DNA from: a virus
Lineage: Duplodnaviria > Caudoviricetes
Virus record (IMG/VR): IMGVR_UViG_3300037722_000246
Span: 1 to 39,935 of that record
Reading direction: 5' to 3' (one strand)
DNA: 39,935 nt
The stretch's first letter is position 1. Every line of letters starts with the position of its first letter. Below the pieces are notes generated by a model that made no database searches, had not been told where the DNA came from, and was given only the letters and a program-made list of their open reading frames with translations. The position numbers and the translations under genes were made by a program. Shown here one piece after another: positions 19,332 to 28,257 of this stretch.

Positions 19332-19631
19332 ATGATTAGTGGACAAATCACAGTGACGACAGCAGGAACGGCCGTGGCGGGGCCGTCAACTCCATCAGGT
19401 GCTATGTTTGCGCTTAAGGCGCATCCCGATAACACTGATACCGTTTGGGTTGGCAATGACGGCGCTGATGATGTGACAAATGCGAATGGATTCCCACTTG
19501 ATCCTGGCGAGGGTATTGTTGTATATACCGGCCGGGGGCGGTTAGGGAATGGCGAATTTAATCTAAGTGGATTTTACTTCGATGCTGACAGCAACGGCGA
19601 TAAAATTTGTTGGGCACGGTTGCAACCATGA
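19332..19631 (+). CDS. small putative virion protein
   Basis: RBS GAGG; KAHPDNTDTVWVG...GFPLDPGE; lies in the tail module. Confidence 0.55.
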   Translation: MISGQITVTTAGTAVAGPSTPSGAMFALKAHPDNTDTVWVGNDGADDVTNANGFPLDPGEGIVVYTGRGRLGNGEFNLSGFYFDADSNGDKICWARLQP

Positions 19632-20788
19632 TCGGGCCTGGATTATTAAATAGCGGACTCTTGGGTCAGTCGCCTTTTGGGAGTGCGGTGGCAAAGCGAG
19701 GGTTAGCCGCTCCCGACGCCCCAACCGACCTGACGGCGACGCAGGTTAACGCTAACGTCCTCCTCGAATGGACTGACAACGCCACCAACGAAACCGGCTA
19801 CAAAATATACCGTTCTGACGGCGTGACGTATGCGCTGTTGGACACGATTGCGGCGGATAGTGTGGTGTACACGGATGTCGCGCCGGGGAATGGCGATTGG
19901 TGGTATGAGGTCGCTGCCTACAATGCGGCTGGCGAAACACTGAGCGATGCGGCTACAGTGACGTTGGCTAATTTATTATTCACGGCAGATCAGGCAACCA
20001 TCACGCCGGCAATCACGCTGTCAGGCGGCGCACCCGCTGCCGATTGGCTAGTGACCGAAACAGGCGGCGGGACGTTTGAGTACACCACGGCCGGATTTAC
20101 GCATAATCGTGTGACGGCTGGGCCGATGACAGTGGAACTGCGAAATTCTCCGGCAATAAAATCATTTGTGACACTCATCAATTTCAACGGTGATGGTATT
20201 ACATCGTCATTCCACGATTTGCATGTGGATCAATTTACGGCATTGACGATTCTGAGAATTTTCGAGAACTCGTTTACTGGAGATTTAAGCGGCTGGTCGC
20301 CTAAATCGCCTCTGACTGAGTTGAGGATATACACAAATTCGCTCACTGGAGATTTGAGCGGCTGGACTTTCCCGGCATCTTTGATGGGTCTATTCATTTT
20401 CGGAAATTCGTTTACCGGCGATTTGAGCGGATGGACACTTCCGGCTGCCATGACGTACGCATGGGTGTACGGCAATGCGTTTAGCGTCGGACCGCCACTC
20501 CCGGCAAGCAGCGCCATGACGGATTACCGAATTGAGGGGAATGCCATGTTGCAGGCTAGCGTCAACGCAACATTGCTCGGCATTTACACCAATTCACCGA
20601 CGCGCACCGCCACAGGTGGCACAATCAATGTAGGCACTACGAATCAAGCCCCGTCCGGCACGTTCCAGGCGGCGGCATCGTGCCCGGTGACGGCGGCGAC
20701 GCCGGGGAAAGAGATTGCGCACGAGTTGATCAATGATACGTGTGATGCTTTTGCGAACCATTGGAGTACTGTGACAATCACAGCGTAG
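19628..20788 (+). CDS. fibronectin type III + LRR-like repeat protein (putative receptor-binding/tail protein)
   Basis: APTDLTA..LEWTDN..GYKIYRS..YEVAAYN (Fn3); three 22-aa repeats NS(F/L)TGDLSGW. Confidence 0.7.
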   Translation: MIGPGLLNSGLLGQSPFGSAVAKRGLAAPDAPTDLTATQVNANVLLEWTDNATNETGYKIYRSDGVTYALLDTIAADSVVYTDVAPGNGDWWYEVAAYNAAGETLSDAATVTLANLLFTADQATITPAITLSGGAPAADWLVTETGGGTFEYTTAGFTHNRVTAGPMTVELRNSPAIKSFVTLINFNGDGITSSFHDLHVDQFTALTILRIFENSFTGDLSGWSPKSPLTELRIYTNSLTGDLSGWTFPASLMGLFIFGNSFTGDLSGWTLPAAMTYAWVYGNAFSVGPPLPASSAMTDYRIEGNAMLQASVNATLLGIYTNSPTRTATGGTINVGTTNQAPSGTFQAAASCPVTAATPGKEIAHELINDTCDAFANHWSTVTITA

Positions 20789-20792
20789 AACT

Positions 20793-21422
20793 ATGGCAAC
20801 GATACTACCAACTCAACAACCGGCCTTCTGGCTGGTAAAAGAAACCGGTGACACGGGGCAAACGTTTATCGGTGAACTGACCGGAGTGTCAAATTCGTTG
20901 ACGGCCGTATTTGCCGAGGGTGAGCAGCCGTTCCTAGACGCCGTTGTCACCAGCGGCGCAACGTTTTCCCCACTGCCCGAACGCGGCACAGAACTGACAC
21001 AGGGCCAGATTTACAGCTACGGCAGCGACCTGCTCATGGTCAGGCAATCGCACGCACGCACGGAACACGATCCGGCAACCGTTCCCGCGCTGTTTCTGAT
21101 TTGGCGCGAAAATGCAGATGAGGTGCTGGAGTGGATTGTCGGTGAAAAGGTGGACGTAGGGACAAGGCGAAAGTTCGACGGCAAGGTTTATGAAGCGGTT
21201 CAGGCGCACGCGACCCAGGCGGACTGGACGCCTCCCGCTACGCCTGCGCTGTGGCGGGAGGTAATTATCACGCCGCCAACGGCCGAATGGCAGGCAGGCG
21301 TAGCCTACAAAGTTGGCGATGAAGTGACATACAAAGACAAGTTGTACCGGTGTAGACAAGCACACACGAGCATCGTCACCTGGGAACCGCCAAACGTTTT
21401 GGCGCTGTGGTTGCCGCTATGA
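20793..21422 (+). CDS. carbohydrate-binding protein with CBM5/12-like repeats
   Basis: Repeated 'Y..GD.V.Y....Y...QAH....W.PP...ALW' units. Confidence 0.75.
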   Translation: MATILPTQQPAFWLVKETGDTGQTFIGELTGVSNSLTAVFAEGEQPFLDAVVTSGATFSPLPERGTELTQGQIYSYGSDLLMVRQSHARTEHDPATVPALFLIWRENADEVLEWIVGEKVDVGTRRKFDGKVYEAVQAHATQADWTPPATPALWREVIITPPTAEWQAGVAYKVGDEVTYKDKLYRCRQAHTSIVTWEPPNVLALWLPL

Positions 21423-21508
21423 TGGATTTACTCATTACCATCCTCGCCCTCATCGGCTTCGCCGTTCTCATGGTGGTAGCGGTGGTAGTGGTAATAATGA
21501 ATATTTAA
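21419..21508 (+). CDS. small single-TM protein (below ORF-track cutoff)
   Basis: MMDLLITILALIGFAVLMVVAVVVVIMNI*, starting with an ATGA overlap at the upstream stop. Confidence 0.45.
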   Translation: MMDLLITILALIGFAVLMVVAVVVVIMNI

Positions 21509-21524
21509 TTTCTGGAAAAACAAC

Positions 21525-21963
21525 ATGAATGATGAAACATTGCTGCAAGAAATTTTGGTGGAACTCCGCGCAATGCGGGAGGAAAACCGCGTAAATAAAT
21601 TTCGCTACGTCCGAAGATCTGGAGGCGGTGCAGATACGGCAAGCACGCTATGGCGAGCGTCTGGACAAAATCGAGGCACGACTGGAAACCATTTGGAACG
21701 AATTAGTCAACCGGCAACAGCAACCATACAAGATCCAATCACCACACGACCAACTCTATGACCTGATGGATAAATCGCTTAATGATGAGGAGGTACAAGA
21801 TTTGTGTTTTACACTTAAAATCGACTGGGAGAGTCTACCCGCTCAGTCAAAGCGCGGGCGCATCAGGGAGGTGATCCGGCAAATGCAACGCGAGTCGCGC
21901 ATCTATCAATTAATAGATTATTTGCAACGAAAACGGCCACAGATTGAATGGCCGTCATTATAA
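21525..21963 (+). CDS. coiled-coil + EAD7-like (effector-associated domain) protein, apparently split by a frameshift near 21592-21600
   Basis: C-terminal LYDLMDKSLNDEEVQDLCFTLKIDWESLPAQSKRGRIREVIRQMQRESRIYQLIDYLQRKRPQIEW fits my recollection of the EAD7 pattern. Removing one TAAA copy joins ORFs 21525 and 21628. Confidence 0.6.
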
Positions 21964-21983
21964 TAGGAAAGGTGAATAAAAAA

Positions 21984-22172
21984 ATGAAACGTAAACTATT
22001 AGAACTAAACGAATATCAGGCGCAAATTATCACGGCTATTATTGGCGCTGCGATTATGGTGCTGGTACAGGTTGTACCAGCACTTGTACCATATCAAGAT
22101 GTGCTTTTAGAAATTGATTTGATTATTGCTGGTCTAATCATTGGCCAGTCGGTTCAAAAAGCCAACCGATAA
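21984..22172 (+). CDS. putative holin (2 TM)
   Basis: Two hydrophobic segments, basic ends, last gene of the late operon. Confidence 0.55.
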   Translation: MKRKLLELNEYQAQIITAIIGAAIMVLVQVVPALVPYQDVLLEIDLIIAGLIIGQSVQKANR

Positions 22173-22196
22173 TTTAGTCTACCCTCCTCCCCCTTG

Positions 22197-22250
22197 AATG
22201 GACCTTGTATCCTCTGCATGATAGCACGATACAAGGTCCATTTTCTTTTC
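22197..22250 (+). terminator. hairpin built from inverted ATACAAGGTC copies, followed by a T-tract (38-bp element, copy 1)
   Basis: AATG-GACCTTGTATC-ctctgcatgatagcac-GATACAAGGTC-CATT then TTCTTTTC. Confidence 0.7.
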
Positions 22251-22278
22251 CCCTAATCAATTTCCAAAATCGAGAAAG

Positions 22279-22330
22279 TTTTAAGGTTCGATACCTTGAA
22301 TGTATGATATAATTGTATCAAGTTGATACA
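22279..22330 (+). promoter_or_regulatory. promoter TTTTAAGGTTC-N18-TATAAT with adjacent palindromic operator TGTATCAAGTTGATACA
   Basis: Extended -10 TGaTATAAT (TATAAT at 22308-22313); palindrome 22314-22330; RBS GAGGAGG downstream. Confidence 0.75.
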
Positions 22331-22347
22331 CATGAGGAGGTGATGAT

Positions 22348-22533
22348 ATGAAAACTAAAACCTGGAAGTTACGTGTACTGATTGATGAAGGCAGTTTACT
22401 TGCCAGCGCGATCCGGCAAGAAGCAAAAGAAACGGGATTCAGTTTTGCGGAAATTATCCGCAATCGACTGATGAACTCTTATAATGTAGAAAAGGAGACC
22501 AATGAGCAAGATAAATCCAGTAACGGCCGTTAA
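22348..22533 (+). CDS. small ribbon-helix-helix-like DNA-binding protein
   Basis: Alternating strand KLRVLI followed by helix 'AIRQEAKETG.SFAEIIR'; first gene behind the operator. Confidence 0.55.
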   Translation: MKTKTWKLRVLIDEGSLLASAIRQEAKETGFSFAEIIRNRLMNSYNVEKETNEQDKSSNGR

Positions 22534-22744
22534 CATCGGCAGGCATCCAAACGGTTCAATGTTGTTTGTTGATGTCTATCGCGGACTCAATGACGATAAA
22601 GCCACATTCAACAAAATGCATACATACTATATGTTTACCTGGCGTAATACTTCGTTACAAGCCGAGCGCATTTTAAGACGCGCTCGTCTGATGCAAGATA
22701 TTTTATTTAGCGAGATTGAATTTAAGGAGAGTGTCAATGAGTGA
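22502..22744 (+). CDS. hypothetical protein
   Basis: RBS AAGGAG; 80 aa. Confidence 0.6.
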   Translation: MSKINPVTAVNIGRHPNGSMLFVDVYRGLNDDKATFNKMHTYYMFTWRNTSLQAERILRRARLMQDILFSEIEFKESVNE

Positions 22745-23075
22745 ATCTTTGAAACGGTATGCGCAGCTTCAAATGGAACTGTTGGAAATCCAGGACGAAC
22801 TACGCGGCCTGGAAAAACAAATCCAGCTTGAAGTTGAGCAAAGCGGGAACTCAATCGAGGCGGTTGGTTTTGTAGCACGAATCAAACCGGGCCGGATGCA
22901 AACCGATCACCTACAAGCTGCATTGGATGCAAACGCATCTGAGGCGGTTATTCAAAAATATTCAACCACCAAAACGACAGTTGCTTGGGCCAAAGTCACA
23001 AAGGAACTCGGATGCAATTTGCAACCATACACGGTACAAGGCCCGGCAACATTGGAAATTAAACCCATAATTTAG
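22737..23075 (+). CDS. hypothetical protein (N-terminal coiled coil)
   Basis: RBS AAGGAG before ATG 22737. Confidence 0.6.
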   Translation: MSESLKRYAQLQMELLEIQDELRGLEKQIQLEVEQSGNSIEAVGFVARIKPGRMQTDHLQAALDANASEAVIQKYSTTKTTVAWAKVTKELGCNLQPYTVQGPATLEIKPII

Positions 23076-23085
23076 GAGAAACAAA

Positions 23086-23922
23086 ATGACAGATAACATT
23101 TTCGATGTAGAAATGGATGAACCAGTTGGCCAGTTGCAATTTGGCGAAATCAAAATCATTGACGCTTTCATCGGCATCATGACCTATGACGTTGACGACG
23201 TGAAAGGCTGGCAGCAATACGACCAGGAATATGAACCACATCAAACGGCATTGGCTACACCAAAAAACGGCCGGGCGCGGCAAACCAGTCGGGTTTTCCA
23301 ATTACAAGATTTTCCCATCGGTGTGCAATTTGATACCTGGGTAAACGATTATCCAATCTGGAGTGACGATTGGAAAATGTTTGAGAAATCAATGGCAACC
23401 TTGCATGGGTTGAATCCATATGAAACCGAAGAGTACACGGATCAGTACGGCATCAACCGGAAACGGCCAACGGCAAAAGCGCGAGCAGATTACAAAACAC
23501 TTTATGAAACCCATATGCAAGCGTTGAAAAACGGTCAGTGTTTTTTTGCATATGAAAAACCAATCACGCGTACCTATCCCAAAGCGGATGGTACTACCGG
23601 CAACATTCGCGGCACGGTTGTCATTAAGCAGTTTGCTAGTTTAAAGGAGTGCAAGGCCGCACATACTGAGTACAATGGTTCGGTTCCTGTGCCCGAAGGC
23701 AGCAAAATGGATACGCCGAAAGTCGAGGCACTGCCGTTGGCGCAGGCTATCGGCTTTGCGGAAACGTTGACGCGCCAGGCCATTGGCAGTGACAACAAAG
23801 TGGACTTGGACAAACTGACTGCCTCATTCCAAGCCATGCCGATGTTGGCAGAATTGAAAGTGGACTTGCCAGAAGTGCAAGCAATCATCAGCAAGGTTGA
23901 AAAAGAATCGCTTCCTTTTTAG
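23086..23922 (+). CDS. hypothetical protein (recombination/replication module)
   Basis: RBS AGGAG; 278 aa; ends in LPF like SSB tails. Confidence 0.6.
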   Translation: MTDNIFDVEMDEPVGQLQFGEIKIIDAFIGIMTYDVDDVKGWQQYDQEYEPHQTALATPKNGRARQTSRVFQLQDFPIGVQFDTWVNDYPIWSDDWKMFEKSMATLHGLNPYETEEYTDQYGINRKRPTAKARADYKTLYETHMQALKNGQCFFAYEKPITRTYPKADGTTGNIRGTVVIKQFASLKECKAAHTEYNGSVPVPEGSKMDTPKVEALPLAQAIGFAETLTRQAIGSDNKVDLDKLTASFQAMPMLAELKVDLPEVQAIISKVEKESLPF

Positions 23923-23939
23923 TTTAGTGACGTTGGGGT

Positions 23940-23983
23940 TTTGACCTTGTATCCTCTGCATGATAGCACGATACAAGGTCAAA
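23940..23983. repeat. 38-bp hairpin element, copy 2 (core identical to 22201-22238)
   Basis: TTT-GACCTTGTATCCTCTGCATGATAGCACGATACAAGGTC-AAA. Confidence 0.9.
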
Positions 23984-24000
23984 CTATTTTCAGGAGAACA

Positions 24001-24207
24001 ATGGACAAGGAATTTATTGAAATACGAACGGGGGTATGGTTGAAGATTGCTAACATAGAATCATTTGAAACTCGCAATGATTATTATGAAATCCGCATGA
24101 CAAGCGGAATGATACACTCAACAACATGGCGAGGTGTTTACCAATGGTTTGCAGAAGAAACCTTTAGACCAGGGGAAACCGATGAACGGCACAATAATAA
24201 CGATTGA
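24001..24207 (+). CDS. hypothetical protein
   Basis: ATG 24001 after RBS CAGGAG. Confidence 0.55.
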   Translation: MDKEFIEIRTGVWLKIANIESFETRNDYYEIRMTSGMIHSTTWRGVYQWFAEETFRPGETDERHNNND

Positions 24208-24874
24208 TTCAAACGAACACTCCCACCATCCCGAACACTTTACTCAATTAATGAAGCGCGGCGCGTTGTGTCAAGTGAAGCCGTTGCCTTATGATTTTGA
24301 GGTGATGTGTTCTGATGGTGATGTACTGGCAATCGAACGCAAGACGCCGCGGGACTTTCTGGAGAGCCTAAAAGACCGGCGCCTATTTAATCAGGTGGCT
24401 GACATGGTGAACAAAACGCCGTGGTGCTATCTGGCAATCGAGGGCATGCTTATGTGTCAGGCTGACTATGTTTCCATTATTGACGGCAAACATGACTGGC
24501 AATATACACAATGGACGTGGGCAAGCATACAAGGTTCCCTTCTCTCAATTCAAGAACTTGGCTGCGCAGTCGTTTACGATCCCGACTTCTACGGCGCAAT
24601 TGAGCGCCTTGTGTCCCGTTCCCGTGCCGATGTCAAAATCGCCCAGCGGCGGGAACCGTATATCTTCTCGCCGGCCGAAACTATCATGATGAGTTTGCCG
24701 GGCATCGGCAGCAAGAAAGCTCAAGAGTTTTTGAAACTATTTAACAATAACGTGGCGCTGGCTTTGACTGCCCTGACCGCACCGTGTGACAACAGCATAC
24801 CGGGTTGGAAGCAAAAGTCACGCGATAATTTAATCGAGGCACTAGGGGGAACATTGGAGATGAAAAATGAGTGA
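24182..24874 (+). CDS. ERCC4/XPF-family nuclease with HhH
   Basis: IDSNE, IERKTPRDF (ERKxxxD), SLPGIGSKKA (HhH). Confidence 0.85.
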   Translation: MNGTIITIDSNEHSHHPEHFTQLMKRGALCQVKPLPYDFEVMCSDGDVLAIERKTPRDFLESLKDRRLFNQVADMVNKTPWCYLAIEGMLMCQADYVSIIDGKHDWQYTQWTWASIQGSLLSIQELGCAVVYDPDFYGAIERLVSRSRADVKIAQRREPYIFSPAETIMMSLPGIGSKKAQEFLKLFNNNVALALTALTAPCDNSIPGWKQKSRDNLIEALGGTLEMKNE

Positions 24875-25613
24875 CGAAAAGGCACTAGCCATACAACAGA
24901 TGACAGTAAATGATTTGATTACACTTGCCAATGCTTGCAGCAGATCGCAAGTCGAGACGGCCAAAATCATGAGGAAAATGCTTTATGCTCATGACAACGG
25001 CCTGCCTCTGAGTTTGGCCGTTACTGGCGGCCTATTTATTGCCAGTGAAAAAACCGGGGCCGTTGGGATTGAAAGCAAGCCACTGAAAAATCGCATAGCT
25101 AATGATCCAAATTATCATATCGAAGTCACCAAGTCGGATAGCACAATTTGTGAAGGTGACATCTATCGCCGGGCATCATACCTGTGGCCATACAAGATTT
25201 ATGGTGACAGCATCCAAGACGGCGACTGGGTAAAAATCGGCAGTACATCATTTACGATTGACGATGCCAAGCGAATTAAAATGCATGATGGTGGTGGATT
25301 TAAGCCGTTAGCAGATAGAGACACGTACAAAAATACACCACAACAAATGTTACATTATCGTTGGGTGCAGAAAATTGTCAGCCTGTACGGTGATGGTATT
25401 TTTGGCAATCCTCCACAATTGCCGGGCGAGATGAATGATGATGCAATTGTTATCGAGGGCGAGCTGGTTCGCACACCGACGCTACAAGAGATTATCGAAG
25501 AGTACGGCCATGACGCCGTGCTTAAGGCCATTAATGAAACGGGTGACAACCCGGCAAAAATCGTGCAATGGTTACAGGAGAATGAAGATGAGACAGTCAT
25601 CAGCCAGGATTGA
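24867..25613 (+). CDS. RecT-like single-strand annealing protein
   Basis: FTIDDAKR...YKNTPQQMLHYR resembles the RecT-like core; adjacent to a nuclease. Confidence 0.55.
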   Translation: MSDEKALAIQQMTVNDLITLANACSRSQVETAKIMRKMLYAHDNGLPLSLAVTGGLFIASEKTGAVGIESKPLKNRIANDPNYHIEVTKSDSTICEGDIYRRASYLWPYKIYGDSIQDGDWVKIGSTSFTIDDAKRIKMHDGGGFKPLADRDTYKNTPQQMLHYRWVQKIVSLYGDGIFGNPPQLPGEMNDDAIVIEGELVRTPTLQEIIEEYGHDAVLKAINETGDNPAKIVQWLQENEDETVISQD

Positions 25614-26451
25614 ACACAAACCGGATGGGCTACATTTTTTCAGCAGCTATGACGCGAGTTTAGTTGCCGCTATGAAAGGTAATATCAACTCAGTTGATCG
25701 TGCCTGGAATGGCACAAAAAAATGTTGGGTAGTGGCTCCTCAACACCTTGACGAATTGGTACGCATATGCGAACTGTACCTAAATGTTACGCCGTCAATT
25801 GTTGGGGCAAGCATACAAGGTCAATCCTCAGTTACTCAGGAGTTATTTCGCGTAGAGTACATCGGTGGTATCAAGGATCGCGGCGCTGGGGAAATGTCGG
25901 CATTTGGGGCAACACAAGGCAAGCAACCGGGTTTGTTTGGTGCTGATATTGTTAGATTTGATTGGCCAATCATTTTCCCTGAATCCGTCTTGAAAGATTG
26001 GTTTCAGGGCGATAGCAAAAAAGAAACGGTAAATCAATCGACCTTGTATGCTGTGCTTGCAATCAAACAGGCAGCTAGTCAGGATGACATCAAGGCAGCA
26101 TGGCGCAAACAGGTGAAACGCTTCCATCCTGACATCAATTCAGATGAGGACGCGGGTTGGATGACAGTTCAGATCAACCATGCGTATGAGGTGCTGCGCA
26201 ATCCAATGACGCGGCGCAAATATGACGCGGGCCTGAAACTGGCAGCCGGTATACAAGGTCAAAAACCAAAACGATGTAATGACTTCATGTTGCCCGTTCG
26301 ATGTGGCCTTATCATGTGTAGCGGACAATACAAGGTCGGCCGTTTCGTAGTATCTGAGATTCTGCAATGGCATGACATCGTTGAAGGCGGCCGTACGCTG
26401 GTGACATCGTGGGACACGGGCACAAATTCATTAGTGAGGAATTGGATATGA
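25588..26451 (+). CDS. J-domain (DnaJ-type) protein with N-terminal HARP-like segment
   Basis: LYAVLAI...DDIKAAWRKQVKRFHPD...INHAYEVL...RRKYD; N-terminal RAWNGTKKCWVV. Confidence 0.8.
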   Translation: MRQSSARIEHKPDGLHFFSSYDASLVAAMKGNINSVDRAWNGTKKCWVVAPQHLDELVRICELYLNVTPSIVGASIQGQSSVTQELFRVEYIGGIKDRGAGEMSAFGATQGKQPGLFGADIVRFDWPIIFPESVLKDWFQGDSKKETVNQSTLYAVLAIKQAASQDDIKAAWRKQVKRFHPDINSDEDAGWMTVQINHAYEVLRNPMTRRKYDAGLKLAAGIQGQKPKRCNDFMLPVRCGLIMCSGQYKVGRFVVSEILQWHDIVEGGRTLVTSWDTGTNSLVRNWI

Positions 26452-26768
26452 CATTTAATATAGATGAGTTTTTGCTTGAACGAAAGGCTGCGCTTTTGAG
26501 CATGGATGAAGCTACGATTCGTTCATTCTTCAAAAAATGGAACCATTACGATATGTCTGACAATATATCTATCTTTTGGATGTCGGTTCACAAAGCGCGT
26601 ACAGCCGATAAATCATTGCCAATGTTTGAACGGGCTGCTAGTAAACATTGGTTGAATCAGCGCAGCCTTGAATCTATGGATGATGGTGATGTTTTGCCAC
26701 CAATTGAGAAATCAGAGGCCGCAAAATATTTTAATCGGATTGAGGAATTTGAGGAAACCAATGAATAA
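26448..26768 (+). CDS. hypothetical protein
   Basis: ATGA overlap; 106 aa. Confidence 0.55.
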   Translation: MTFNIDEFLLERKAALLSMDEATIRSFFKKWNHYDMSDNISIFWMSVHKARTADKSLPMFERAASKHWLNQRSLESMDDGDVLPPIEKSEAAKYFNRIEEFEETNE

Positions 26769-27324
26769 TCAAATCGTAATCGGTAGCCAACAAGACATAG
26801 CCAACCGACAAAATATCAGTCTGGCGGAAAGTTTCTTAAGTGCTGAGATTGTCATCCTCTTTGACAACAGCGGGTCAATGGCAATGCATGACACGGCGGA
26901 CGGGCGATCCCGCTTGGCAGTGGCAGAGGAACACTTGACAACCATACAAGGTAAACATCCTGGCAAGGTTGCTTTGATTTGCTTTGCCGACAGGGTGCAG
27001 TATGCGCCAGGCGGACGGCCGGTTGAAGTGGGCGCGTTGACTGACCTTGTATGTGGTTTGCAGTTTGTGAAAGTGGCTGATGACTGCGGCTTGAAGATTG
27101 TCGTTGTCAGTGATGGTGAACCGAATGACAAGGACGCCGCCTTGAGGGTTGCCAAACAATTCACTTCTAAAATTGATGTGGTGTTTGTTGGGCCTGAGAA
27201 TGACTATGCGGGTGGCCGTAAGTTTTTGCAGCAGTTAGCCAATGCAACGGGCGGCCGGTTCTTTCAGGCCGATCAGCCGGGCATGTTGGCGGATAGTGTG
27301 GAAACATTATTACTCGGAGGATAA
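26761..27324 (+). CDS. von Willebrand factor A domain protein
   Basis: MIDAS motif DNSGSM...T...SDGEP; LANATGGRF. Confidence 0.85.
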   Translation: MNNQIVIGSQQDIANRQNISLAESFLSAEIVILFDNSGSMAMHDTADGRSRLAVAEEHLTTIQGKHPGKVALICFADRVQYAPGGRPVEVGALTDLVCGLQFVKVADDCGLKIVVVSDGEPNDKDAALRVAKQFTSKIDVVFVGPENDYAGGRKFLQQLANATGGRFFQADQPGMLADSVETLLLGG

Positions 27325-27393
27325 CCAAATGGAATATCATGAGTTTTTGGAAAGCAAAAAAACAATCGTGCAACCGGAAGCGCAATTGAAAAA

Positions 27394-28257
27394 ATGAACA
27401 CATTACAACAAGTGGCAATGTCCTGGCTTGACCGGGGCATTGCCTCATTGCCCATTTCTTACCGCTCAAAAAGGCCGAACTTCTCAGCACTTACCAAAAC
27501 TGGCGACATTGACGAAAACGGCCGGCCAACGTGGGAACGGATGAAAACCGAACTGCCAAGTGAATCTGACCTTGTATTGTGGTATGGCAGTGGCATATCA
27601 AATATTGGCATTGTGACCGGACATCAAAACTTAGTAGTCGTTGACTTTGACAACTGCCATGCATTTGATTTGTGGATGGCAACCTATGGCAGCCGGTATG
27701 CAAGCACATACAAGGTCACCAGCGGGCGCGGCTGGCATCTCTACTATTATATAGAGGACATGCCAGTATACACCATGTCATGGATTGGAGGTGAGATAAA
27801 ATGCTCAGGCTATGTCTTGGCTCCGCCGTCTATCCATCCATCCGGCAAACCGTACCGGGCCGCGTCAAGTGACGTTGACATCATGACCATTAGCTCCATC
27901 TACGACATCCTGCCTGAGAGTGTATTTTTCAAGCAAGAAGAGTTTGGACCTTGTATCGTTGCCAAGCATGATGTTTGGAATCCTGCGATACAAGGTCAAG
28001 GCAACGGCTATTTCAATGCCAAGCAAGAGGTAAGCATCCTGTCACTCTTCCCAACGGCGCGGCATACTGGCAACGGCTGGTATTCGGTGTCATGCCCATT
28101 CCACAACGACAACCATAATAGCGGTTGGATAAACACGAACAAAAACCGCTACGGGTGTTACGCCTGCGTCAATGGCTCATTATCAGTTGTTGATGTCTAT
28201 ATGCGGCTGCATTCCTGCGACTTGGAAACGGCCGTTAACCAGTTGAGGAATTTATGA
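27394..28257 (+). CDS. bifunctional primase-polymerase (Prim-Pol) with C-terminal CHC2-like Zn finger
   Basis: NIGIVTG..LVVVDFD, SGRGWHLYY, YVLAPPSIHPSG; CPFHND...CYAC. Confidence 0.9.
   Translation: MNTLQQVAMSWLDRGIASLPISYRSKRPNFSALTKTGDIDENGRPTWERMKTELPSESDLVLWYGSGISNIGIVTGHQNLVVVDFDNCHAFDLWMATYGSRYASTYKVTSGRGWHLYYYIEDMPVYTMSWIGGEIKCSGYVLAPPSIHPSGKPYRAASSDVDIMTISSIYDILPESVFFKQEEFGPCIVAKHDVWNPAIQGQGNGYFNAKQEVSILSLFPTARHTGNGWYSVSCPFHNDNHNSGWINTNKNRYGCYACVNGSLSVVDVYMRLHSCDLETAVNQLRNL

Noticed and set aside
20260-20440. Diversity-generating retroelement TR/VR pair in the tail-protein repeats
   Set aside because: These are in-frame protein repeats, differences are not adenine-specific, and no reverse transcriptase is present.
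23941-24000. N-terminal extension of ORF 23941..24207
   Set aside because: It is the 38-bp hairpin element; ATG 24001 has a clear RBS.
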